From Minisyncoccota bacterium (GTDB taxonomy: Bacteria; Patescibacteriota; Minisyncoccia; Phycocordibacterales; UBA918): a DNA stretch of 64,000 nt. Both the position numbers and the translations under genes were made by a program. The notes beneath the pieces are model-generated. The model saw only the letters and a list, made by a program, of their open reading frames with translations. It ran no database searches and was not told the origin of the DNA. This document shows positions 54,874 through 64,000 of this stretch, piece by piece (the first letter of the stretch is position 1; each line of letters starts with the position of its first letter). The stretch is taken from the NCBI GenBank assembly GCA_041389045.1, contig JAWKSQ010000001.1, forward strand, positions 139,063 to 203,062. Direction: 5' to 3'.

Positions 54874-56130
54874 ATGTTTTTCGGGTATGGAGAAGGGGAG
54901 GTCTAGGATATGAGTTTCTCATAAAATAGAAAAACGGCCTTGCAGGGCCGTCTTCCCCCTTATTAACCTACACTTACACTACTGGTCGAAGGCATTAATT
55001 GCAAGTACTTGAGTGTTAACTACATTAAATATGCAGTTATTATTAATCACTGTAATTGTTGTGGCATTTGCTACGACAGTGATAGTGGTTGCAAGAAGAG
55101 GTAGGTGTAGCACAAAGCCACGAATTTTAAAATCCGTGGCTTTGTTAGTCACTGCCAAAGCCTTGCAAGGTTTTTTGATGAGGAGTAGGATAAAAAGTAC
55201 CTCAGTCCATAGGGAATGAGGATGATTTGTACAACAGCACAAGATAGGAGAAGAATGATGCCAGATAAAAAAGAAGGTGGCGAGCTACCTGAAGGTGTAA
55301 CCGAGCCTGGAAACACCGCAGGTGGGCAAGCCAAAGCTTTGCTCGTAGTCAGTGAGGCTGATGACACTTGTCATCTTTCTGACTATCAGCGTTGCGCAGG
55401 ACTGCAGACACCAGACTTGCCGGTCAGGGGCCTCCTTTTCAACAAGTGAATCTGCCTCGGCAGAAACAAGCCGCGCCCCTTGGGACGCGGCTTCGATGTT
55501 TGACATCGGTCAGTTCATCTTGTATGGTGAAAATGGTTCTTTGTGTAGATAAAAAGATTGGAGTCTAATTTTGGCTGACAAAGAAGTGACCGTCGTGGCT
55601 TGCAGGGACTTGAATCGCTTGTAAGTGATCCACCAATTGAAGATGTTTCGGATAACGTCATCGACATGACTCGAAAACTTGTTCATGGAAAGGTACAAGA
55701 AGTATTGGTCAAGTGCCTGATATGCTCTAACCGGTTCAAGCTCGGTTCCCCGTATGGCAGGTGGGTTGAAAACGATGAAGATGCGGGAACTTGTTCTCGT
55801 CAGTGCGAAGAAAAACAAGAAAAAAGAGCTAACGGTTGCTGAAAAGGATTATTCATTCAGCTTCTATCAAACAATCAAAGAAAGGAGAAATCAGGCGGCT
55901 TCCTCAGAAGCCGCCCTTAAACTTTTCTATATTTCCTGAGTAATTCTCACCAATAGTAATATCCCCGAGGGTGTTGAAAGCTTGGTGGTACTCTGTTTAG
56001 GAGCAGTGTATGATAAAGGGGTAAGAGTTTTTAATAACAGCGAGCAGGGACTACGTTTCGCGACAACGCAGTCCCCGCCCGCTGTTTTTGATTGCCGACA
56101 GATTGGCCATAAGTTTGCTATAGTTTATTG

Positions 56131-57072
56131 ATGCGTTCAATTTTCTTCATAACCTTGATAACTGGTGCCGTAGTCGGTACCAGTTATTGGTATACCAGAA
56201 CGGCCGACATCTGCCCGGTACCGATTTACTATAGTCTGGGTGAAGTTGACGAACGTTTTGCTATTAGTCTTGATGAATTAAAGACAGTCGCGACTGAAGC
56301 AGAAGCTATTTGGGAAGGGTTAACTCCTCAAGAACTCTTTGTTTACGATGAAGAAGCTGAATTTAAGATCAACCTGATCTTTGATGAAAGACAACAACTG
56401 GCTAGGACTGAAGATGATTGGCGAGCTAGACTCGATCAGCAAGAGTTTAATAACCAACTAAAGCTGGAAGAAGTAAACCGTCTAAGTCAACGATACAGTG
56501 AACGGGAAGCTGACTACACAACTAAGCGAAATGAGTATGAAAGTCAGTTATCTAAATATAACGATAAGGTTGATCGCTACAATGGACGCGGTGGTGCTCC
56601 AGCGGACGTTTTCGCTGAGTTGCAGGATGAACAAGTAGCTTTAAGCAAGTTGGCAACCGAACTTTCTCGTCAGGAGCAAGATTTAAATAATCTTGCTAAC
56701 GAAATCAATACTTTGGGAGAAAAGGTCAATCAAAATATTACAGCATACAACCAAGAGGTGGTTGAGTATAATGAAATGTTTGGTTCTCGCGATATTTTCA
56801 CTCAGGGTGATTTTGGACGAAAAAGGATAAATATTTATAAATTTGACTCCAAAGCTGAATTAACTAAAGTTTTGGCTCATGAATTTGGCCATGCGCTTGG
56901 TCTTCCTCATGTTGAAGGGGAAGGTTCTGTCATGTATTATTTAACAACAGATACTGATTATCTAAGTGCTTCAGAGACTGATTGGTCAGCCCTAAGTAAT
57001 GTCTGCAAAGACACTAATACTTTTTCCCATGAGGCTCGTCGGATAATCAGGTCAGTATTATCATATCTATAA
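56131..57072 (+). CDS. membrane-anchored zinc metalloprotease, matrixin (M10)-like
   Basis: N-terminal TM, coiled-coil middle, HEFGHALGLPHV with a downstream Met-turn SVMYY. Confidence 0.7.
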   Translation: MRSIFFITLITGAVVGTSYWYTRTADICPVPIYYSLGEVDERFAISLDELKTVATEAEAIWEGLTPQELFVYDEEAEFKINLIFDERQQLARTEDDWRARLDQQEFNNQLKLEEVNRLSQRYSEREADYTTKRNEYESQLSKYNDKVDRYNGRGGAPADVFAELQDEQVALSKLATELSRQEQDLNNLANEINTLGEKVNQNITAYNQEVVEYNEMFGSRDIFTQGDFGRKRINIYKFDSKAELTKVLAHEFGHALGLPHVEGEGSVMYYLTTDTDYLSASETDWSALSNVCKDTNTFSHEARRIIRSVLSYL

Positions 57073-57080
57073 GACTTATC

Positions 57081-57873
57081 ATGGAAACAAATTTTTTTGG
57101 CACTAAAGGTAACCGGACGCTCGGAGCGCTAGCACTCACAATGGTGATTTTGGCATTAGGTACGTACTCAATGTCGACTTGGAAGCAAACTGAGTATATG
57201 TATACTGGGCCAACCACGATTTCGGTGACAGGGGAAGGTGAGGTTAATGCTCTTCCTGATATCGGTCAGTTCAGTTTTGCGGTTAATGCTTCTGGCGCTG
57301 ATGCTATTACTGCGAAAGAAGAATCAGGTACTAAGATCAATGATCTCATCGCTTTTCTCAAAGAAAGTGGTGTAGAGGAAAAAGATATCAAGACTGACTA
57401 TTACAACATGTACCCAAAGTACAAGAATGAAACTAAACCTTGCCCACTTGGTTCATATTGTCCTGGTGAACAAGTCCAAGACGGTTTTGAAGTAACGCAA
57501 GGTATTACTGTTAAGGTGCGTAATCTGGATGATGCAACCAAGATCATTTCTGGTGTTGGCGATAAAGGAGCTACTAATATCAGTGGTCTGCAGTTTTCAA
57601 TTGATGACACTAGCGTACTTCAAGAACAAGCTAGAGCTCTCGCGATTGATGATGCCAAAGCCAAGGCAAAAGTTTTGGCTGACAAGCTCGGGGTTCGTAT
57701 CACAAAGATGACTGGTTATTACGAACAAGATGGTGGCTACCCACAACCATACGCGATGGGTGGGGTCATGATGGATAGAGCTATGTCAGAGCAAGCTTTC
57801 AATGGTCCAAAGTTACCAACTGGTGAACAAATGACTAAGAGTCAAGGTTACTATTACTTACCAAGTAGAATAG
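57081..57873 (+). CDS. SIMPL (DUF541) domain protein, C-terminal frameshift
   Basis: ISVTGEGEVNALPDIGQFSFAV.. After ..LPTGEQMTK the family-typical end VKVTITYQVE* lies in the +1 frame, with its stop at 57871-57873. A terminator follows at 57898. Confidence 0.7.
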
Positions 57874-57897
57874 TGACGCCCGCCGGTAGTATAAATC

Positions 57898-57925
57898 AAG
57901 AAAAGCCCCGTACGGGGCTTTTCTT
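57898..57925 (+). terminator. rho-independent terminator
   Basis: AAGAAAAGCCCCGTACGGGGCTTTTCTT. Confidence 0.75.
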
Positions 57926-58140
57926 TAGCTTTGAATACAGTGTGATATTTTTACAAATTGCGCATTGCGTATAAGTATGTTTTTATGAGAAGCGTAAGTA
58001 AAGTTCTGTTTTCATTGTAGCTTAATTGATTCGAATCATAGAAGCCCAAAAGACTTTTTTGACTCAAATAAACTAAGTTTCAGGTTCTTTCAACTTGTGT
58101 CACCGTCTACATAGTAGACTTACCAGGAAAGGGGAAGTAT

Positions 58141-58350
58141 ATGCGATACATAAGTAAACATACTGGCAAGACTGTTGATACCGACCTACGGAGAAAGTCC
58201 TTATTCTTAGGTGGGCGCGTAACGATTTGGTTCACCGTCTTTATCGCAGTTGTGATGTTGTGTGGCGGACGATTCCTCGTGTACGACTACGATTGGAATG
58301 ATTTTTTCACCATCACCAGCCACTGGTGGACAATGCCATTGTGGCGTTGA
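58141..58350 (+). CDS. hypothetical small membrane protein
   Basis: A GGAAAGGGGAAG Shine-Dalgarno-like purine tract ends 4 nt upstream of the ATG. One TM segment. A hairpin terminator (AAGTCCCGA..TCGGGACTTTTT) lies at about 58393-58431. Confidence 0.4.
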   Translation: MRYISKHTGKTVDTDLRRKSLFLGGRVTIWFTVFIAVVMLCGGRFLVYDYDWNDFFTITSHWWTMPLWR

Positions 58351-58523
58351 GTTGAGGTCTGAGCATGACCCGTTTTTGTCAGGTTTTGTGGAAGTCCCGA
58401 GTGCAGTTTATAGCTGCTTCGGGACTTTTTCGTTTTATCCCTTTATTTTGACAGATTCAAAATATCTGGTAAGATATAAGCAATTCGCCCCAGAGGCGTT
58501 TTTATTTTGGTAAAATATTAAGC

Positions 58524-58712
58524 ATGAGTAATTTAGGAAACTATCTGCGTGACACAATGGCAGAAATGAAGCAAGTGACGTGGCCAACGCAAAAGCAAGC
58601 AATGCTCTATACTATTTTAGTAGTAGTGATTGCCGTGTTCGTGTCGTTGTTTCTAGGAGCGTTCGATTTCTTGTTCAAAGAGGGAGTTACATTCATTATT
58701 GAGAAGTTTTAA
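58524..58712 (+). CDS. secE: preprotein translocase subunit SecE
   Basis: 62 aa, EMKQVTWPTQKQ followed by a single TM segment. Located upstream of nusG. Confidence 0.85.
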   Translation: MSNLGNYLRDTMAEMKQVTWPTQKQAMLYTILVVVIAVFVSLFLGAFDFLFKEGVTFIIEKF

Positions 58713-58731
58713 TCAGTCGTAAGCAAAATAT

Positions 58732-59277
58732 ATGGCAAAACAAAAAGGCACCGGCGAGCGACATTGGTACGCGATTCACACCTACTCAGGTTATGAAAAC
58801 GCGGTTACGCGAAATCTCAAGCAACGTATCGACTCGCTTGGTATGAATGACAAAATCTTTAACGTGGTGGTTCCAACTGAGAAGAAGATCCGCGTTAAGG
58901 GTGGTAAGCGTGTCACTGAGGAAGAACGAATCTACCCAGGTTACGTGTTAGTAGAAATGATTGTTGATGATGAGTCTTGGTATGTAGTACGTAACACCCC
59001 ACGGGTGACTGGTTTCGTTGGTAGTGGTACCCAGCCAGTTCCTTTGACTGAAGCTGAATACAACGCACTGATGAAGCAAATGTCGACGGACGAAGTTAAG
59101 CATAAGCTTGATGTGACTCCAGGAGATATTGTTATTATTGCTGACGGTCCATTTAAGGATCTTGAAGGTAGGGTAGGTGAAGTCGATGAGAAGAGCGGTA
59201 AGGTTAAGGTGTTGGTCTCAATGTTTGGGCGGGAGACTCCAGTCGAGTTAGACTTCCTCCAACTCAAAAAGGTTTAA
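58732..59277 (+). CDS. nusG: transcription termination/antitermination factor NusG
   Basis: HWYAIHTYSGYENAV, YPGYVLVEM, and a KOW region GDIVIIADGPFKDLEGRV. Confidence 0.9.
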   Translation: MAKQKGTGERHWYAIHTYSGYENAVTRNLKQRIDSLGMNDKIFNVVVPTEKKIRVKGGKRVTEEERIYPGYVLVEMIVDDESWYVVRNTPRVTGFVGSGTQPVPLTEAEYNALMKQMSTDEVKHKLDVTPGDIVIIADGPFKDLEGRVGEVDEKSGKVKVLVSMFGRETPVELDFLQLKKV

Positions 59278-59643
59278 ACTAAACTCATCAGCGTATCACT
59301 TTGTCGCTACGCTAAAAATACTATTCCCTGGACTTCTGTCCCGGTCACAGCATTTTTAGCTAGGCTCCGCGTGCTCCATCTGATGTGATTAGTTTAAAGT
59401 TAAAAGATGTTGTCGGCGTGGAATTTAGTTCAATGTACCAAAAGTACACCTCGAAAAATTTCTAACCTCCTCGTTCTTCATCTCGTTTTAAACCTTTTGG
59501 CTGAGCTCAATAGAGGAGTTTGTTTAGATAGACGGCGCGACACTTCTGTTGCAAAACAATCGTTTCTCTTGTAGGATACGCAAGCTTCAAATAGATGCTT
59601 GGATATGGAACGAGCAACTATAAAAATTTAATTTAAAACCGAT

Positions 59644-60066
59644 ATGGCAAAGAAATTAGTCAAAAAAATCAAAGTTCAAGCTGTCGGTGGTAAAGCTACC
59701 CCAGCTCCACCACTTGGTCCGGTACTAGGTCAGGCTGGTATTAATATTGGTGAATTCGTGAACCAATTTAACGAACAGACTCGTGACCGCATGGGACAAG
59801 TAGTACCAGTAGAACTTTCAGTCTTCGACGACCGAACTTTTACTTTCATTACTAAAGTTTCACCGATGTCTCGTTTGATTCTAAAGAAAATGGATAAGGC
59901 TAAAGGTTCAAGTAAGAATGCTATTACCAAAATAGGAACTCTAACCAAAGCCCAAGTAAAAGAAATCGCTGAAGAGAAAATGCCTGACCTCAATGCTGCT
60001 TCACTCGAAGCGGCGATGAAGACGGTAGAAGGAACAGCTCGCTCAATGGGCGTAAACGTAGAATAA
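59644..60066 (+). CDS. rplK: 50S ribosomal protein L11
   Basis: KVQAVGGKATPAPPLGPVLGQAGINIGEFVNQFN. Confidence 0.9.
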   Translation: MAKKLVKKIKVQAVGGKATPAPPLGPVLGQAGINIGEFVNQFNEQTRDRMGQVVPVELSVFDDRTFTFITKVSPMSRLILKKMDKAKGSSKNAITKIGTLTKAQVKEIAEEKMPDLNAASLEAAMKTVEGTARSMGVNVE

Positions 60067-60173
60067 TTTACGTTTACAAAGGTTGTTGACAGTTTGTGAC
60101 TGAAAGGAAGTAAAGTGTCATACAACCTGAACCGCTTCTGTTAAGAAGTAAACGTAGAACAATCTACCTAAAG

Positions 60174-60214
60174 CAACAAAAAAGCCGGTCCCTTTGGGAC
60201 CGGCTTTTTTGTTG
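60174..60214 (+). terminator. rho-independent terminator after rplK
   Basis: CAACAAAAAAGCCGGTCCC-TTT-GGGACCGGCTTTTTTGTTG. Confidence 0.8.
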
Positions 60215-60247
60215 CACAGACGCTTACTCCTGATAAGATTACCTTCA

Positions 60248-60964
60248 ATGCAACTAATTCCCGTCAAAACCCGTATTCTCACACCACCGCAGGATGACCT
60301 CTTGCTTGTCTTAAAAGAGTCACTGCCAAAACTCCAAAATGGAGATATTGTCTTAGTTAGTTCTAAAGTAGTAGCTATTAATGAGGGCTGTACAGTAGAA
60401 ATGTCTAAAGTAGATAAAGACCAATTAGTGACAGAAACTGCTGACTTGATTATACCTAGACCATACTGGTCGTCACCACTGACTGTGGCGCATCACACTT
60501 TTCTCGGAGCAGCTGGGATTGATGAAAGTAACGGTAATGGTTTTTATATCAAATTACCGAAAGATTTATTTAATTCTGCGACTAACCTTCGAACTTGGCT
60601 CATGAATGAGTATGGTCTAGAAAAGCTCGGGGTAATTATTACAGATAGTCATTCCTCACCGTTTCGTTTTGGGGCGACCGGGGTGGCTTTAGCTTGGCGG
60701 GGTATCGAGCCAATCGAAGACTGTCGGGGTCGGGAAGACCTCTTTGGTCGGAAGATAGAGTATGAAAGATCCAACTTTGTGGACGGCCTAGCCTCGGCCG
60801 CGACGGTCCTCATGGGTGAAGTCGATGAATGTACGCCAGTGGTGGTTGTAAGAGGAGTACCCCGAATAGTCTTTACCGAAGCAGATACCAAAGACCAATT
60901 GTTTGTCGACTTCAAAGATGATACTTTCCGCATTCTCTACGAAAAGTTTTTGCCAAAGAAATAA
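60248..60964 (+). CDS. CofE-like (F420-0:gamma-glutamyl ligase family) protein
   Basis: IVLVSSKVVAINEG, GAAGIDESN, ITDSHSSPFRFGATGVALA and MGEVDECTPVVVVRG. The start is set at ATG 60248, downstream of the rplK terminator. Confidence 0.65.
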   Translation: MQLIPVKTRILTPPQDDLLLVLKESLPKLQNGDIVLVSSKVVAINEGCTVEMSKVDKDQLVTETADLIIPRPYWSSPLTVAHHTFLGAAGIDESNGNGFYIKLPKDLFNSATNLRTWLMNEYGLEKLGVIITDSHSSPFRFGATGVALAWRGIEPIEDCRGREDLFGRKIEYERSNFVDGLASAATVLMGEVDECTPVVVVRGVPRIVFTEADTKDQLFVDFKDDTFRILYEKFLPKK

Positions 60965-61361
60965 TCACTTGAGTTTACTTTTGGTAAATGTTATACCAAA
61001 AGTTGGTCCTGTGTTTCAATATTCTTCTCATAGGGGGACGAAGTGAAATATTTGTTATTTGCCTCGATGTATTCGATGTTGGTAGCTAATGCTCTTGTTC
61101 GTTTTCCGCGTTTTGCTATTCAGGCCTCTTCTGTCTCGACGGTTATCTGCATGGCCATTTGTGTAGCGTCGCTAAGAATGGTAGAGCAGGTTGGGTTGCC
61201 GTTTTTGCTTTTGGTCATTTCAGCTGCTGCCATTTCCGAGTATTTTTGTATCCTGTTAAAGAAAGGGGTCAGAGTCTCTACGTCGCGAAAGTATGGGGGC
61301 ATACATTTTTTTGTTTTAGCTTTTGCCACAGCGTTTATGTTGTGAGTTGAACATCGCAACG

Positions 61362-61391
61362 AAAAAGGCTCGGGTTAAACCCGAGCCTTTT
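61362..61391. terminator. bidirectional hairpin terminator
   Basis: AAAAAGGCTCGGG-TTAA-ACCCGAGCCTTTT, downstream of minus-strand folA. Confidence 0.7.
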
Positions 61392-61404
61392 CAAATTTTG
61401 TTTT

Positions 61405-61926
61405 CTAATTACGTTTTCTTTCCAAATCTACCCACTGGAAGCTAAGGTTACCGCTTTCGGTGACAGGGTGTTCCTTGACTGGAACGAAATGATTTTCATA
61501 TTCAGGGAAGTAGGTGTCCGCGACCGGTTCACTTTCGACCAAAGTTAAGTGTAGCTTAGAGACGTAGGGGAGAGCTACTTCATAAAGTTCTGCTCCGCCA
61601 CCAATATGAATTTCGGTAGGGTTCTCACGTTCCGCAATGGCAAAGGCTGCTTCAAGTGAATGGGCGACTTCAGCACCTTGGGGAGCATAGTCTGTGTTGC
61701 GAGTTAGGACAATGTTGGTCCGCCCCGGTAGTGGCTTGCCGAGCATGGCTACTATTGATTCAAAGGTTTTGCGACCCATAATAATTGGGTGTCCCATGGA
61801 GAGTTCCTTAAACCGCTTTAAATCAGCCGGGATATGCCAAAGAAGCTTATTTTTATAACCAATCGCTCGACTTTTGCGACTAATAGCCGCAACAATAACG
61901 ACGGGAATGTGTGGAAAATGCATCAT
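61405..61926 (-). CDS. folA: dihydrofolate reductase
   Basis: IVAAIS..IGYKNKLLWHIPADLKRFKELSMGHPIIMGRKTFESI and IGGGAELY. Confidence 0.9.
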   Translation of the reverse strand: MMHFPHIPVVIVAAISRKSRAIGYKNKLLWHIPADLKRFKELSMGHPIIMGRKTFESIVAMLGKPLPGRTNIVLTRNTDYAPQGAEVAHSLEAAFAIAERENPTEIHIGGGAELYEVALPYVSKLHLTLVESEPVADTYFPEYENHFVPVKEHPVTESGNLSFQWVDLERKRN

Positions 61927-62014
61927 GAGTACATTATGCCACAGCTTAGATAAGATGTCTTTTGGTAGGGTGAACTATAGTCACGTATAATGTTTAGATA
62001 AAATTTACATTCAT

Positions 62015-62695
62015 ATGGCACAATACGAAATTGAGATAAAAAGTTTGCTCGGGGACGAGGCTAAAGCTAAAGATTTAATTAAAAAAATGTGCGATGCCGA
62101 CGGTACTTGCAAGATTGAATCTACTAGTAGCCAACTGAACCATTACTTCACTGGTGGAGATATCAATAATCTCTACGCTAAAGTAGAACATTTATTCGGT
62201 AGTGAGGAGCAAGAGCGCTTCCAGTTGATAGCCGAAAAGGGTAGTGATTTTTCCGTCCGGACCAGACAAAAGGATGGTGAAGTGCTTTTGGTAGTCAAGG
62301 CTTCAGTTGATGGTGGTACTAGTTCCAACACTGTGTCTCGATTGGAGTTTGAAGAACCAGTGGCGGTCAGTCTCGAAGAGTTGGACAGTCTGGTGGAGTC
62401 AGCTGGCTATGAATACGAAGCCAAGTGGTCACGCGATCGCGAGGAGTACTCATACAAGGGAGTAAATGTTTGTATCGACTGCAACGCCGGCTATGGTTAC
62501 TTGGCAGAATTTGAAACGGTGACTGATACTGATGATGAAGTGAGTCTGGATAACGTCCGCAACCGTCTAAAAGAAATCATGGCAGAACTTGGCGTGGAAG
62601 AATTACCTCAAGACCGTCTTGCCCGTATGTTCGCTCACTATAACGCCAATTGGCGGGATTATTATGGGACCAAGGATACCTTTAACATTGAGTAA
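62015..62695 (+). CDS. CYTH domain protein (triphosphate tunnel metalloenzyme/class IV adenylate cyclase-like)
   Basis: N-terminal YEIEIKSLL (ExExK) and acidic beta-strand pattern. Confidence 0.65.
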   Translation: MAQYEIEIKSLLGDEAKAKDLIKKMCDADGTCKIESTSSQLNHYFTGGDINNLYAKVEHLFGSEEQERFQLIAEKGSDFSVRTRQKDGEVLLVVKASVDGGTSSNTVSRLEFEEPVAVSLEELDSLVESAGYEYEAKWSRDREEYSYKGVNVCIDCNAGYGYLAEFETVTDTDDEVSLDNVRNRLKEIMAELGVEELPQDRLARMFAHYNANWRDYYGTKDTFNIE

Positions 62696-62828
62696 AAATT
62701 TTCAGTATGACACATTTCTTTGTTGCTCTTCATAAAATAAAACTCATCGTACAAGTAGTACGTTTCGTCTTATTTTACTCGAGCGCCTCGAACTGTATTC
62801 ATCTTAAAAATTTTAATTAAAAAGTATT

Positions 62829-63374
62829 ATGTTTCTATCAGACGTTGATATTTTGAAGGGGGTGCATGATGGCAAGATTGTCATAAAGCCTTTTAGTGAA
62901 GAGCAGTTACAGTTGGCGAGCTACGATGTGACGCTCGGCAATGAATTTGAAGTGGTAGACCGTCACCAGATAGAGGCTTCCGATCCGGCAATGAAAATCT
63001 ATCCCAAGACACGAAAGATAACTATTGCTGATGATGGCGAATTTGTCCTCCATCCTGGAGAAAATGTCCTCGGTAAGCAACGGGAATTTATTGGTGTCGA
63101 TAACGAACACCTAATCCTACTTTCTGGGAAGAGTAGTTTGGCTCGAATCGGACTCGTGGTCCATAATACCGCTATGCTTTTTAACCCCGGGCATCATTTT
63201 TATCCGACCTTTGAGTTGGTTAACAGTAGCAATATTCCAATTATTCTTCGTCCTGGGATGGAGGTTGCCCAGCTACTTTTTGCAAAACTTAGTTCGCCAA
63301 CTAGTAAGTCGTACGAAGATGTTGGTCGCTTTGACTCAGCCAATTCTGACCACTTTGCCGAAGCCAAAAAGTAA
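62829..63374 (+). CDS. dcd: dCTP deaminase family protein
   Basis: LSDVDIL..I.I.PF..EQLQLASYDVTLG, GKSSLARIGL, and E..QL near the C-terminus. Confidence 0.8.
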   Translation: MFLSDVDILKGVHDGKIVIKPFSEEQLQLASYDVTLGNEFEVVDRHQIEASDPAMKIYPKTRKITIADDGEFVLHPGENVLGKQREFIGVDNEHLILLSGKSSLARIGLVVHNTAMLFNPGHHFYPTFELVNSSNIPIILRPGMEVAQLLFAKLSSPTSKSYEDVGRFDSANSDHFAEAKK

Positions 63375-63397
63375 TTATTTATTTTAAACATATACCT

Positions 63398-64000
63398 ATG
63401 CCAAAAAAGCATCCTGAGTATCAATATTTAGATTTGATGCAAGATATTCTTGATAACGGGGTTGATAAGCCATTATTTTTTAATGATGTAGTGCTAGAAG
63501 AATATAAGAAGAAAGGAGAACAACCACCTTTCATTCGCTCAGTGTTTGGAAGACAGATTCGTTTTGACTTAAGTGAAGGTTTTCCTTTATTGACTACCAA
63601 AAAGACTTTTTGGCGTGGTATCACTACCGAGTTACTTTGGTTCCTTTCTGGTAGTTCAAATATCAAACCTTTGATAGATAGTAATAATCATATTTGGGAT
63701 GAGTGGGCTTGGAAAAATTATCACATGTGGGCAGTAAAAAATTCTCCAGAGGAAGATATGGACCAAGATGAATTTATTGCTAAACTCTCGAAGCTCAGTG
63801 AAGATGATCCGTTTGTAAAAAAGTGGGGAGATCTAATCACTATTTACGGTCGTATGTGGAGACGTTGGCCAGCAAAAGATGGTCGAGAAATTGATCAATT
63901 AGCGTGGGCAATCGAAGGACTTAAGACTCGGCCGGAAAGGAAGTCATATGTAGTTAGTGCTTGGAATCCAGATTTTATTTACGAAATGGCTTCAGAGGGT
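63398..64000 (+). CDS. thyA: thymidylate synthase ThyA, 3' end beyond the window
   Basis: Not in the ORF track because it has no stop in the window. MPKKHPEYQYLDLMQDIL..FGRQIRFDLSEGFPLLTTKKTFWRGI..ELLWFLSGSSN..YGRMWRRW..VVSAWNPD. Confidence 0.85.
   Translation, partial: MPKKHPEYQYLDLMQDILDNGVDKPLFFNDVVLEEYKKKGEQPPFIRSVFGRQIRFDLSEGFPLLTTKKTFWRGITTELLWFLSGSSNIKPLIDSNNHIWDEWAWKNYHMWAVKNSPEEDMDQDEFIAKLSKLSEDDPFVKKWGDLITIYGRMWRRWPAKDGREIDQLAWAIEGLKTRPERKSYVVSAWNPDFIYEMASEG

Noticed and set aside
55031-55219. Small hydrophobic ORF (MQLLLITVIVVAFATTVIVVARRGR..) considered as a type I toxin.
   Set aside because: Only composition supports it. There is no recognisable antisense RNA partner, no RBS, and the ORF continues for 62 codons. 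It is kept only as a candidate inside the unannotated-region finding.
943-57845. Programmed ribosomal frameshifting or recoding as an explanation for the split genes.
   Set aside because: The breaks hit unrelated gene families, lack slippery-heptamer plus pseudoknot context, and most sit in simple homopolymers. Sequence error is the simpler explanation.
57874-57974. C-terminal extension of the SIMPL ORF to 57974 as given in the ORF track.
   Set aside because: The extension reads straight through a rho-independent terminator (57898-57925). The family-typical C-terminus (VKVTITYQVE) ends at 57873 in the adjacent frame.
61043-61345. GTG-initiated 100-aa ORF and overlapping ORFs between the CofE-like gene and folA.
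   Set aside because: Three overlapping frames on both strands, no family recognised, no clear start signal. Left unannotated.

Overview
This is a gene-dense, low-GC bacterial window. By inference it looks like a Patescibacteria/CPR (Parcubacteria-like) genome: streamlined housekeeping genes, ribosomal protein L19 with a low-complexity tail, secE-nusG-rplK not followed by rplA, a pilMNO cluster, and many short membrane proteins of unknown function.

Layout:
- 0.1-16.6 kb: a metal and redox homeostasis block. It starts with a broken large serine recombinase and ends at tRNA-Lys. It holds DsbA, DUF3105, DUF305, an M23 peptidase, a CPC-type P1B ATPase, rhodanese, PAP2, MntH/MntR, a CsoR/RcnR-family repressor with a CPH-type CopB ATPase, DUF411, a multicopper oxidase, and two paralogous Cys/Met membrane proteins of unknown function.
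- 16.8-34.7 kb: housekeeping and envelope genes (TrmH, Lnt-like, MurE, RuvA, S20, a fatty-acid desaturase, an ECF sigma/anti-sigma pair, a large peptidoglycan-binding protein, pilMNO, RuvX and others).
- 34.7-39.2 kb: a tRNA-rich segment (Arg-TCT, Val-TAC, Leu-GAG; Arg-GCG lies at 26.7 kb). It is packed with duplicated tRNA 3' ends and a family of small hairpin-rich repeat units. A 68-bp perfect inverted repeat brackets acyP-uppS-rluA-rplS.
- 40-49 kb: an MFS transporter, a second CsoR-family regulator with rhodanese and a persulfide-dioxygenase-like gene, DUF305, and a MacAB-like efflux system.
- 49-64 kb: tRNA-His, YibE/F, MscL, nrdB (with an ATP-cone) and nrdA, an unannotated 1.2-kb stretch, an M10-like protease, SIMPL, secE-nusG-rplK, a CofE-like gene, and folA, CYTH, dcd, thyA.

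I found no rRNA, no CRISPR array and no intact transposase.

Two general points. At least 11 genes are interrupted by single-base frameshifts, most of them at homopolymer runs, so sequence error is more likely than real pseudogenisation. The most unusual structure is the tRNA-linked repeat family, whose closing helix changes sequence so that it matches each neighbouring tRNA 3' end.
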